Under the pieces are notes generated by a model. The model did no database searches. It was not told the DNA's origin and was given only the letters and a program-made list of their open reading frames with translations. This document shows, in pieces, positions 54,819 to 62,891 of a DNA stretch of 64,000 nucleotides (position 1 is the stretch's first letter; every line of letters starts with the position of its first letter). Position numbers and translations under genes: made by a program. Origin of the DNA: an uncultured Candidatus Saccharibacteria bacterium (GTDB lineage: Bacteria; Patescibacteriota; Saccharimonadia; Saccharimonadales; CAYLGV01); contig CAYMZG010000003.1 in the NCBI GenBank assembly GCA_964394925.1, positions 40,414-104,413 on the forward strand, in the 5' to 3' direction.

Positions 54819-55286
54819 ATGGAACAAAAGTTTAGAGATACCTTGCGAGCAGCTAATGCCAGCGTTACTAAACCACGTCAGATTATTTTTGAATACCTGC
54901 AAGGTAAAGAGCCGCTGACCATGCAACAATTGGAGAAGGCATTATCCGGACAATTTGACCGCGCAAGTTTATACCGTACAATTTCGTTATTTGAACATCT
55001 GGGAATTACTCGCCGTTTACAAATGGGCTGGAAGTATAAGATTGAGTTATCCGGCCGTTTTGCACACCATCACCATCATTTAACATGTTTGGAATGCGGC
55101 AAGATCATTCCTGTCGAGAATGATAACGGTTTAGAGCGACAATTATCCATAATCTTACGCACATATCGTTTTACAGAAAGTTCGCATGAGCTAGAAGTAC
55201 GGGGATACTGTGAAAGCTGCACAAAAAATGACCCCAGGCTATTGCCCAGGGTCTTCGGAAGCCTCACACTTCCACATGCATCATAG
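54819..55286 (+). CDS. Fur-family metalloregulator (Zur-like by context)
   Basis: 155 aa with a winged HTH, a HHHHH run and two CxxC pairs (CLEC, CESC). Divergent from the ZIP transporter. Confidence 0.88.
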   Translation: MEQKFRDTLRAANASVTKPRQIIFEYLQGKEPLTMQQLEKALSGQFDRASLYRTISLFEHLGITRRLQMGWKYKIELSGRFAHHHHHLTCLECGKIIPVENDNGLERQLSIILRTYRFTESSHELEVRGYCESCTKNDPRLLPRVFGSLTLPHAS

Positions 55287-55325
55287 CACTGGCATCATGG
55301 CAGGTAAAGTGATTTGAAACATAGA

Positions 55326-55961
55326 TTATCTCTTATCAGTGAGCTTCAAATGTGTGATATTTCGCACAAATGCCAACTTGCCATGAAGCAGTAGCGACAC
55401 GCTCACTACGAGCACGCCCGCAGCAAAGCCACCGACGACATCCAGTGGTGCATGAACGCCCAAATATATCCGTGATAGGCCAACCAGCACAATCCAGGCC
55501 ACAATACACCAGCGCCACTTATGAGGGAGCCAGATTGCTAGTAGGAGTGCCATTACCGTTGCCATGGCAGTGTGCGTTGATGGGAAGCCAAAGCCTGTAA
55601 TTAGTTTTTCACGCTGAACAGTACCAACTAAGGTCATATACGGACGCGGACGTTCAACAATTCGTTTTAAGATTTGCGTGAGCAGAAAAACACTCACGCC
55701 ACCGCAAAAAATTCGTAAAGCTAGCCGGGGGTAACCTCGCCAGATCATGAATAGCGTTAGGGCAGCCATGGTATACACCGTGCCACTATAGGTAATAATC
55801 ATAAATGGCAGGCGCCAATATTCTGGCCAGTTATTGATGGCATGAAAAATGCTCGCCTCCAGGCTGCTGAAAGTGCGACTTGAAGCAATCCACGTCGACC
55901 AAGCCAATAGCAAACCGCTGGCAATGGTCAGAGCAATGATCAGCTTTTTATAGCGAGACAT
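55326..55961 (-). CDS. PAP2-family membrane phosphatase
   Basis: 211 aa with KRIVERPRP, FPSTH and SRIYLGVHAPLDV (PAP2 motifs C1-C3). Confidence 0.85.
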   Translation of the reverse strand: MSRYKKLIIALTIASGLLLAWSTWIASSRTFSSLEASIFHAINNWPEYWRLPFMIITYSGTVYTMAALTLFMIWRGYPRLALRIFCGGVSVFLLTQILKRIVERPRPYMTLVGTVQREKLITGFGFPSTHTAMATVMALLLAIWLPHKWRWCIVAWIVLVGLSRIYLGVHAPLDVVGGFAAGVLVVSVSLLLHGKLAFVRNITHLKLTDKR

Positions 55962-55967
55962 GACTGT

Positions 55968-55973
55968 AGTATA
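55968..55973 (-). promoter_or_regulatory. -10 TATACT 6 nt upstream of ATG 55961; leaderless candidate
   Basis: Minus strand reads TATACTacagtcATG, immediately after the DUF475 gene stop. Confidence 0.4.
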
Positions 55974-55975
55974 CG

Positions 55976-56992
55976 CTAATGTTTACTGGACTTTTCTTGC
56001 TGGTTTCTGAGATGTGACGTAAACACGGCGGCCGAAATAAATGAAACACCAACCAGACCCGTAACAACTTCTGGCACTTCAATTTTTACGCTGAGTAGCA
56101 AAACAACGGCAAGTGCCAAGATGGCATAGTGCGCGCCATGGATCAGAAATCGAAAATGCGCCAGCGTCCCTCGCCGTAGCAAGTGAACAGTCATGGAGCG
56201 CACAAACAGTGCCCCTATGCCAAGCCCGGCGGCAATCAAGAAAATCTTTTGAGTAATAGCAAAGGCACCGACCACCCCGTCAAAACTAAACGTAGCATCC
56301 AACACCTCAAGATACACAAAGGCCAAAAACGCAGCATGTCCGGTGGCCATGCCCTGTTTGGTCCCTTTCATGAGCAGCTCGCTAACGCCTTTTATTATCA
56401 CAAAAGCGACAGCCCCAAGTGCGGCCGCAAGGGTAATATTTGGTTCATGCGTGTCTAGCAGGTGTAGCAGCCCAATGGCAGCGACAGCTCCAACTATGGC
56501 CACCCACCACGGCTGATTAAACTCACCGAGCGGGGCCTCAACCGTATTTAGCCAGCGGACTTGGCGTTTTTCACCAAAAAACCGCAAGCCAATCATCAGC
56601 AAGAACACGCCGCCAAAGGCAGCGATGAGCGGATAAGCCTCGTGTAGCTCCTGAGCATAAGCCTCGGGGTGATGCAAGGCACTATCCCATACCGTAGTCA
56701 TACTTTGACCGCTAGTAGCGCTCACCATGACAATCGGTAGCACTAAACGCACGCCGAACACCGCAACAGCAATACCAATGGTTAAAAATAATGTTTGCCA
56801 AAGCCGAGACATGCGGCTCAACACTTCACTGTTAATGACCGCATTCTCAAAACTAAAGGTAATTTCGATGACTGCCAGCAAAAGGATTGGTATAACTGCG
56901 CTCAGGCCACCCGTCAGAGCAGCCGCAACAATCACAATCAATGAGGCGATGACTGCAAAACCATATAACCGAGACAAACTCTCTTTTGGCAT
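55976..56992 (-). CDS. DUF475 / TerC-related integral membrane protein
   Basis: 338 aa, polytopic, with duplicated EITFSFENAV... / LEVLDATFSFDGVVGAFAIT motifs. Confidence 0.8.
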   Translation of the reverse strand: MPKESLSRLYGFAVIASLIVIVAAALTGGLSAVIPILLLAVIEITFSFENAVINSEVLSRMSRLWQTLFLTIGIAVAVFGVRLVLPIVMVSATSGQSMTTVWDSALHHPEAYAQELHEAYPLIAAFGGVFLLMIGLRFFGEKRQVRWLNTVEAPLGEFNQPWWVAIVGAVAAIGLLHLLDTHEPNITLAAALGAVAFVIIKGVSELLMKGTKQGMATGHAAFLAFVYLEVLDATFSFDGVVGAFAITQKIFLIAAGLGIGALFVRSMTVHLLRRGTLAHFRFLIHGAHYAILALAVVLLLSVKIEVPEVVTGLVGVSFISAAVFTSHLRNQQEKSSKH

Positions 56993-56998
56993 AGAGTT

Positions 56999-57007
56999 AT
57001 GGTAACA
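56999..57007 (-). promoter_or_regulatory. extended -10 (TGtTACCAT) 6 nt upstream of ATG 56992; leaderless candidate
   Basis: Minus strand reads TGtTACCATaactctATG. Confidence 0.4.
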
Positions 57008-57019
57008 CTCAGCTAAAAA

Positions 57020-57598
57020 CTACACTATATGCTGATGTAAAATGTTGAGTACTGTTTGGTAATTGGCCCAGTAAAACAGTAGATTGAATATAACGAGCGC
57101 GGGAAATACAACCAGCGTTTCCATGGCTTTACCGGTGGTGATGCGCCAATGTTTGAAGGGTGGAAAGCCAAACTTAATGGGAATTGGCAACAACCACGGC
57201 ACACCCTCCTTAGTAAATGAGTCCATCACCAAATGCGACACCATGCCAATCATAAATGCCCACCATACGTAACCTGTATTTACGTGTGGCATAATCGGAT
57301 GTAAAAAAGCCAACAGCCAATGCACGCCAACCCCAAACACCGCCAGCCCTAGCAGTGAGTGGGTCAGAAAGCGGTGACCGCCCGACAGTAATCCAAATAT
57401 GCGACCAAAATATTTTCCGACTGGCAAATTCCGCCAAAACGGTGCCGTTGGCTGATCCAGATCAGGTGCGATGCCGCCAAGCAAGACTGCCACCAGTGCG
57501 AGCAGTGCCGTAGCAAGATTGACGGTGATAGTTCCCATCGACACTACTACGACCCCTAAGGTTGTAAAGGCAGCAAGGTCATGCGTACGAGCAATCAT
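57020..57598 (-). CDS. YdjM-family membrane-bound metal-dependent hydrolase (DUF457)
   Basis: The track start is GTG 57625. ATG 57598 (MIARTHDLAAF...) is preferred because TACACT lies 7 nt upstream. Motifs HRFLTHS and SHLVMDSFTKEGV. Confidence 0.8.
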   Translation of the reverse strand: MIARTHDLAAFTTLGVVVVSMGTITVNLATALLALVAVLLGGIAPDLDQPTAPFWRNLPVGKYFGRIFGLLSGGHRFLTHSLLGLAVFGVGVHWLLAFLHPIMPHVNTGYVWWAFMIGMVSHLVMDSFTKEGVPWLLPIPIKFGFPPFKHWRITTGKAMETLVVFPALVIFNLLFYWANYQTVLNILHQHIV

Positions 57599-57605
57599 GT
57601 GCTGT

Positions 57606-57611
57606 AGTGTA
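57606..57611 (-). promoter_or_regulatory. -10 TACACT 7 nt upstream of ATG 57598; leaderless candidate
   Basis: Minus strand reads TACACTacagcacATG. Confidence 0.4.
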
Positions 57612-57644
57612 GCGCAATCAGGCACGTCACATAAACGAATTCAT

Positions 57645-57680
57645 AAAGAAAGCGACCGTCTGGGTATACGGTCGCTTATT
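57645..57680 (-). terminator. rho-independent terminator ending the GGDEF-to-secreted-protein unit
   Basis: Minus RNA AGCGACCGU-AUACCCAG-ACGGUCGCU followed by UUCUUUAU: perfect 9-bp stem (57651-57659 pairs with 57668-57676). Confidence 0.8.
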
Positions 57681-57703
57681 TTGGTGAGGGAGTTCACCGG
57701 TAA

Positions 57704-58228
57704 CTAGTTGGTTTGCGACATTGGCATCGTTGAGGAACCACCCTGGTCTCCACCAGCTTGATCCCCGTCACGATCTGGCCTGTGGCCGCCCATCATACCA
57801 TGCCCCATTGGCATATAGCCCTTAGGGATGTTATTGTCGGTTGCCCACTGCTTGAGCTCATCCATCTTAGTCTTCATAGCATCTCGACGTTCTTGTCCCG
57901 TCTTGTCTTTCAGACTGTCCATGAATGTTTTCATTTCTTGCAGCTTGGCTTTAATCGCATCAGCCTGGGCTTGCGTCAGCTTGCCATCTTTAACGGCTTG
58001 CGTTAGTCGCTCTTCCATTTTTTGCTGCCGTTCGGCTTCGTGACTGGCACGATCTTCATCGAATACTTTTTGCACATCACTCTTATTGAGATTAAATTTC
58101 TGTGCAATCTTGTCGACAAGACTGGTGCCACCCGAAGTGCTACTTTGGGCATTAACCAGGCCAGCACCTGCCACGGTAGCAATCCCTACCGTCGCCGTTA
58201 CTGCAGCAATAGCTAATGATTTTTTAAT
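57704..58228 (-). CDS. secreted coiled-coil protein with Met/His/Gly-rich tail; probable ATT start
   Basis: The track start (TTG 58294) has no SD. AAGGAGT lies 5 nt upstream of ATT 58228, giving the classic signal peptide (M)KKSLAIAAVTATVGIATVAGAGLVNA. Tail reads YMPMGHGMMGGHRPDRDGD. Confidence 0.6.
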   Translation of the reverse strand: MKKSLAIAAVTATVGIATVAGAGLVNAQSSTSGGTSLVDKIAQKFNLNKSDVQKVFDEDRASHEAERQQKMEERLTQAVKDGKLTQAQADAIKAKLQEMKTFMDSLKDKTGQERRDAMKTKMDELKQWATDNNIPKGYMPMGHGMMGGHRPDRDGDQAGGDQGGSSTMPMSQTN

Positions 58229-58332
58229 GAAATACTCCTTCCTTTTAGTTTGCCAACCGCGTTGTCGTTGTATTTCTACAAGCGACAAGCCCAATACTAA
58301 ACAAGAATTTTGAAAGAATGCTTAGAAGCTTG

Positions 58333-58605
58333 TTACTTCTTTAGTTCTTTGCGGATTTCGTCGAGCTGCTCTTTGGTGATATCGCCCTTAGCATAGCGTT
58401 CTTTGGCTATGTCGAGTGGATTAGTCGCTGTGCTGTCTTCTGACGATGTGCTGCGTTGTACTAGAATCTTAGCAACCCACACTACGCCAGCTACAACAAT
58501 CGCCAGCATCAGCAAACGAAACAGGCTCGTTACCCAAGTGTCTTCGGTGTGCTGAAACATCACGGGACTATCTTGGATATAGCGTGCTACATTCATTGCA
58601 TCCAT
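58333..58605 (-). CDS. SHOCT-domain small membrane protein
   Basis: 90 aa with a TM helix and a C-terminal AKERYAKGDITKEQLDEIRKELKK (SHOCT-like). GGAGG SD. Confidence 0.8.
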   Translation of the reverse strand: MDAMNVARYIQDSPVMFQHTEDTWVTSLFRLLMLAIVVAGVVWVAKILVQRSTSSEDSTATNPLDIAKERYAKGDITKEQLDEIRKELKK

Positions 58606-58669
58606 ATTTTTCCTCCTACCCCTAAAACTACGCCGCCTACCTGTGTCGACGCTTAGAGATGGCTACGTA

Positions 58670-59059
58670 TTAATGCCAGTTGCGTTCAATCTCGTGGATA
58701 CGGTCATGATCGAGGCCATAAAAATGAGCAATCTCGTGCCAGAGAGTGTGTTTTACCTGCGCCCTGAGTGCATTTGGATTGGGGGCAGCACGCGAAAGCG
58801 GCCCCTTAAAAATCGTTATTTTGTCGGGAATCACTAGATTGTAACCTGCTCCGCGTCGATTCAGCGGGATACCTTCATACAGCCCAAAAAGAGTCTGATC
58901 GGCCCGTAGATGTTGTTTTTGCCGCTGCTCGGGCGTTGGCTCATCTTCATACGTAACCACTACATTGTCGAGGTGCTTCATGTATTGCTCGGGCATTTCA
59001 TCCATGGCCTGGGCAATCAGGGCTTCGAATTGTTCGTCGCTTATGTCTATCACAATCAC
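58670..59059 (-). CDS. minimal zincin-like metallopeptidase (DUF1025-type)
   Basis: 129 aa with the HEIAHFYGLDH zinc motif. The N-terminus (MIVIDISDEQFEALI...DNVVVTYEDEP) is typical of the family. GTG start abuts the 26-bp palindrome. Confidence 0.85.
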   Translation of the reverse strand: MIVIDISDEQFEALIAQAMDEMPEQYMKHLDNVVVTYEDEPTPEQRQKQHLRADQTLFGLYEGIPLNRRGAGYNLVIPDKITIFKGPLSRAAPNPNALRAQVKHTLWHEIAHFYGLDHDRIHEIERNWH

Positions 59060-59085
59060 AGTATACTTAACATGTTAAGTATACT
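59060..59085. promoter_or_regulatory. perfect 26-bp palindrome AGTATACTTAACA|TGTTAAGTATACT
   Basis: Read directly. Fills most of the 38-nt GGDEF-zincin spacer and carries TATACT on both strands. Confidence 0.6.
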
Positions 59086-59097
59086 CAATCGCTCATT

Positions 59098-59862
59098 TTA
59101 ACCGAAGCGATTCCAGGCAAAGTTGTGCGTCTTGGGGTCGGCTCGTAACATCAGTTTTTTGAGCTCGACTGTACGTCCTCTGGCACGTAGATCGGCCGGG
59201 TAAACTGTTATGGTGCCGACGCGCACGCCAAGACTTTCGGAGCTCGTATAGCCAAACTGATCATTATAATCATTAAATTCCTCGAGTTCATCAAAGCCAC
59301 GCAGTATCTCATGAGCAATCTGGGTTTCAATAGCTGGCGCTTCCTTAGGAGAGATCGGAACCGTAACCACATTACCTACCCCATCATCAACATCACGGCA
59401 CAGTTGTTTAAGTACTACCATTTCGTCACCGCCAGCGCGCCCCTTAACAACTCCTTCCTCGTCTGGGAAAAGATCGTTTAACGTATGAGCCGCTGCAATT
59501 AACAATCTGTCACCATCGATATAACTTAGGTTTTCGTTAACCGGCTTGAAGTTTCTAAGATCCGTAAAAATAAACAAGATTGGCATATCTTGTCGCATCA
59601 TCGCTGCTAGACCAGATTTAAGTGCGTGGCGGTTACCAAGACCTGTCAACTCATCATTAAAGGCCTGCTCCTCGAGCTGCATCTGACATGATGTACAGGT
59701 AACACATTTACCGATTCTCGTACTGAGGGAGACCACTTCCGGGTCAGAACACTCGTCCAAGTTAAATAAACGCATGCCAACGCAAAGCTCTGCAGCTTCT
59801 GGGGTAGTAACCTCGACTTCTTGTGCCTGTGTCACGTCAACAGGAAATTTTTCAGCTGTCAT
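59098..59862 (-). CDS. GGDEF-domain diguanylate cyclase-like protein (GGDEM variant) with N-terminal Cys cluster
   Basis: DELTGLGNRHAL, FIFTDLRNFKPVNE...DGDRLL and RAGGDEMVVL. N-terminal CVTCTSC plus 2 more Cys. ATG 59862 is preferred over the track TTG 59898 because of an extended -10 located 7 nt upstream. Confidence 0.8.
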   Translation of the reverse strand: MTAEKFPVDVTQAQEVEVTTPEAAELCVGMRLFNLDECSDPEVVSLSTRIGKCVTCTSCQMQLEEQAFNDELTGLGNRHALKSGLAAMMRQDMPILFIFTDLRNFKPVNENLSYIDGDRLLIAAAHTLNDLFPDEEGVVKGRAGGDEMVVLKQLCRDVDDGVGNVVTVPISPKEAPAIETQIAHEILRGFDELEEFNDYNDQFGYTSSESLGVRVGTITVYPADLRARGRTVELKKLMLRADPKTHNFAWNRFG

Positions 59863-59869
59863 GTACATA

Positions 59870-59878
59870 ATTATGACA
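59870..59878 (-). promoter_or_regulatory. extended -10 (TGtCATAAT) 7 nt upstream of ATG 59862; leaderless candidate
   Basis: Minus strand reads TGtCATAATtatgtacATG. Confidence 0.4.
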
Positions 59879-59911
59879 TATTGTGAGTTATTTAACAATG
59901 ATTACTCTGTC

Positions 59912-59920
59912 TGTTAGACT
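59912..59920 (+). promoter_or_regulatory. extended -10 (TGtTAGACT) 6 nt upstream of rarA ATG; leaderless candidate
   Basis: TGtTAGACTagctgtATG. Confidence 0.45.
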
Positions 59921-59926
59921 AGCTGT

Positions 59927-61120
59927 ATGGAACCAAGGAGTAGTACCCCCTTAGCCGAACAGATGCGGCCACAGACCCTTGAGGACGTGGTAGGTCAATC
60001 TCACTTGGTTGAAACCGGGCAGATTATCCACGAGATTATTGCTAATAAACAACCAACGAGCTTAATTTTATGGGGGCCGCCAGGCAGCGGTAAAACCACA
60101 CTGGCGCGTATCATAGCCAATGAAACCGATGCGGAGTTTATTGAACTCAGTGCTGTCACATCTGGCAAAGCTGATGTTACGCGTGTGATCGAGCATGCCA
60201 AGGGCAATAAGCGGCTGGCGCAAACTACCATATTATTCGTTGATGAAATTCACCGCTTTAACAAAGCTCAACAAGACGCTTTTTTACCTCACGTGGAAGA
60301 TGGCACTATTGTGCTGATTGGCGCCACTACCGAGAACCCGAGCTTTGAGGTTATAACACCCCTTTTAAGCCGAAGCCGCGTGCTGGTTTTACAACCGCTT
60401 TCTAAGGCCGAAATTACCACCATCCTAAAAAAAGCCGCTAAAGAGCTGAAACTCAACGCCAAACGGCTGCCCGCCAAAAGCCTAACCATGCTAGCTGAAC
60501 TATCTGGTGGTGACGCGCGCGTGGCGCTGGGCAACCTTGAGTTAGCTATACAATTATCTAGCGGTAAACCACTTACTCCAGATGTAATTGAAACGGCAGC
60601 CCAGAAGCGCTTGCCTGGCTACGATAAAAAGGGTGAAATGCACTACAACGTCATTAGTGCATTCATAAAGTCCCTGCGTGGGTCAGATCCAAACGCTTCG
60701 CTCTATTATTTGGCCCGTATGTTACAAGCTGGCGAAGATCCTAAGTTTATAGCCCGGCGAATGGTAATTTTTGCTTCAGAAGACGTTGGCATCGCAGCAT
60801 CACCAGCTTTAAACCTGGCTGTTGCTACATTTCAGGCCGTAGAACGGATCGGCATGCCAGAGTGCCAATATAACCTGTTCCATTGTGCACTGGTGCTGGC
60901 TAAGTGCGAGAAGTCACGCGTGGTTGCAGATGCTATGAATCAAGCGACTAAAGCGGCACAAATATACCCCGAGGCGGCCGTACCACTTCACTTAAGAAAC
61001 GCGCCTACAAAGCTCATGAAAGACCTTGGCTACCAACAGGGCACAAAATGGGAAGCGGGCTTTCAGCACCCAAAGGGCTTTTTGCCCGACGAACTAACAG
61101 ACCTAAATCTTTTCAGCTAG
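59927..61120 (+). CDS. rarA: replication-associated recombination protein A (MgsA/RarA AAA+ ATPase)
   Basis: 397 aa with LAEQMRPQTLEDVVGQ, GPPGSGKTT, VDEIHRFNK and the C-terminal MgsA domain (YYLARML..GEDP). Confidence 0.95.
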   Translation: MEPRSSTPLAEQMRPQTLEDVVGQSHLVETGQIIHEIIANKQPTSLILWGPPGSGKTTLARIIANETDAEFIELSAVTSGKADVTRVIEHAKGNKRLAQTTILFVDEIHRFNKAQQDAFLPHVEDGTIVLIGATTENPSFEVITPLLSRSRVLVLQPLSKAEITTILKKAAKELKLNAKRLPAKSLTMLAELSGGDARVALGNLELAIQLSSGKPLTPDVIETAAQKRLPGYDKKGEMHYNVISAFIKSLRGSDPNASLYYLARMLQAGEDPKFIARRMVIFASEDVGIAASPALNLAVATFQAVERIGMPECQYNLFHCALVLAKCEKSRVVADAMNQATKAAQIYPEAAVPLHLRNAPTKLMKDLGYQQGTKWEAGFQHPKGFLPDELTDLNLFS

Positions 61121-61176
61121 TGCTAGCTATCAAGCTCGACTCATACCGTGCCTTATGCCGCCGCACGCAACATAAC

Positions 61177-61857
61177 TTATTTGGCCTTGCGCTTGATAGG
61201 TTCGAACAAAACTTTATTACGCACAAACGAAAGTGGCAGTAAGAAGATCCAAGCACATGTTGCAATCAGGAAATATCGCTGCGCTAGGTAGGCGGGGCCT
61301 GGCATGACCGAATAAAAGAACGACAGTATGCCAAAAGTAGTCAAGGCAGCTAATATAATATGAATTGCTAGCATACGCTCGTCTCGGTCGTAGCGTTTCC
61401 ACATCATAAAGGCTGTTACATAAATTGCCATGCCCGCAGCAATGCTCACCATATTATGAAGTATCATCCGCCAATCATGATTCTCGGCCGGGCAAATACT
61501 TATTGAGGGCGTGCAGCTCATGGGCAATAAGGCCGCAACAATGGTAAGAATGCCGAACAGTGCGAACAGTCCAAGGAGCCATTTGTGCCAGCTACGAAGC
61601 TTCTTGTTAAACTCATGCCGTAGCAGCCAAACAATAAGAAGCACTAGCACACCAGCCAAAACATCACCAACAATGAACACCCAGTTGTAGGGCTGCCCTT
61701 CGGCTGCCAGCTCGCTCGCATAGCCGGTAGCACCTACTTTTGGATTGAGATAATAGCCAAGCGGCCAAGAAGAATAGGCCGCAGCTGCAAGCAGGCCCAA
61801 GCTTGCAATAATCCAGCCGTGTTTCGTCGAACTTTGCTTAGTTACCTTCTTTGCCAT
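61177..61857 (-). CDS. polytopic membrane protein, DUF998-like (tentative)
   Basis: 226 aa, about 6 TM helices. The family name is from memory only. Confidence 0.6.
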   Translation of the reverse strand: MAKKVTKQSSTKHGWIIASLGLLAAAAYSSWPLGYYLNPKVGATGYASELAAEGQPYNWVFIVGDVLAGVLVLLIVWLLRHEFNKKLRSWHKWLLGLFALFGILTIVAALLPMSCTPSISICPAENHDWRMILHNMVSIAAGMAIYVTAFMMWKRYDRDERMLAIHIILAALTTFGILSFFYSVMPGPAYLAQRYFLIATCAWIFLLPLSFVRNKVLFEPIKRKAK

Positions 61858-61863
61858 GTTTGT

Positions 61864-61869
61864 AGTATA
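61864..61869 (-). promoter_or_regulatory. -10 TATACT 6 nt upstream of ATG 61857; leaderless candidate
   Basis: Minus strand reads TATACTacaaacATG. Confidence 0.4.
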
Positions 61870-61942
61870 TCTTGGTTAGTGCTTATGCTATGTAATCTAA
61901 ATTGCTTTTCAATCAAAATCAAGCTTGATATTTAACTGACCG

Positions 61943-62839
61943 CTAACGAACGTCCACTGGCGTTTCACGCCTGAAACGGCTCCAGGTGTGCGCCAGCGAG
62001 CGCACAATATGTGGCGCAGCCAAGTAGCTCAACCAGGCAAATAACACACCTAAAATGGCGTCGATTGCATAATGCTCACCGAGATAGATAGTGCCAACCC
62101 AAATCAACAGTGGATAGAGCCACGCCACAAAACGCCATTTTGTTTTATATAACTTGGTGATCCATAGGGCGAATAGGAACGAATAGGCAGCATGGAGTGA
62201 AGGCACGGCTGCGACGGGATTAGGAGATATCTTATTGTAGACGCTTGGGAAATCATGAATACCAAACGCACTCCAAACTGCCGATGATACGCGTGTAATT
62301 GGTTCTATGAGATGTTTTTCACTCGCCATCCAGGGTGGTGCAGCTGGAAAAAGTAAGAAGGTTATAAAGCCCATGAAGCTCACCATTACGTAACTTGTCA
62401 CATATCGCCAATAGTACGAATCACGTGTCTTCCAAATAAAAGCCGCGAGGGCGAACGGCAGCACGAAATGCAGTGTATAGGCTCCGTAAAACATAAAGTC
62501 ATACCAAGTAACTTGGCCATGCCACCACCAGGCTTGCAGCCGTGCCGTTGGAATTCTCCCGAAGAACAGAAGCTTGTCGACCGACGGCATCCATAAATAG
62601 TTAACGCGGGCATTGAGGTGTGGCACCAGACCACGGAATGATTCGTAGATTAATAATAGCGCTACAAATGGGACAAATCTTTTGAGTAGCTCCTTGGCTT
62701 GCCCATACCCCATAGCCAGAAAGGTCGCAAAGATTAAGATCTTGTCTGGTGTTGGAAAACTCGGTGACCTTGCAAATATAACAAGGCAAACAATTGCACC
62801 GACTACTCCAATGATTCGATAAACACGCGATAACACCAC
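61943..62839 (-). CDS. PAP2-superfamily polytopic membrane protein (phosphotransferase/phosphatase-like)
   Basis: 298 aa with PSLHAAYS and GEHYAIDAILG (PAP2 C2/C3-like). GTG start, with TACAAT 3-6 nt upstream. Confidence 0.75.
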   Translation of the reverse strand: MVLSRVYRIIGVVGAIVCLVIFARSPSFPTPDKILIFATFLAMGYGQAKELLKRFVPFVALLLIYESFRGLVPHLNARVNYLWMPSVDKLLFFGRIPTARLQAWWWHGQVTWYDFMFYGAYTLHFVLPFALAAFIWKTRDSYYWRYVTSYVMVSFMGFITFLLFPAAPPWMASEKHLIEPITRVSSAVWSAFGIHDFPSVYNKISPNPVAAVPSLHAAYSFLFALWITKLYKTKWRFVAWLYPLLIWVGTIYLGEHYAIDAILGVLFAWLSYLAAPHIVRSLAHTWSRFRRETPVDVR

Positions 62840-62891
62840 ATTATTGTAGCCTACTTTTGGTGCTTACCTAGTGTTTAGCACAAGCTTTACT

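Noticed and set aside
60024-60032. DnaA-box-like TTATCCACG
   Set aside because: It is a single copy inside the rarA coding region with no cluster and no adjacent AT-rich unwinding element, so it is not an origin.
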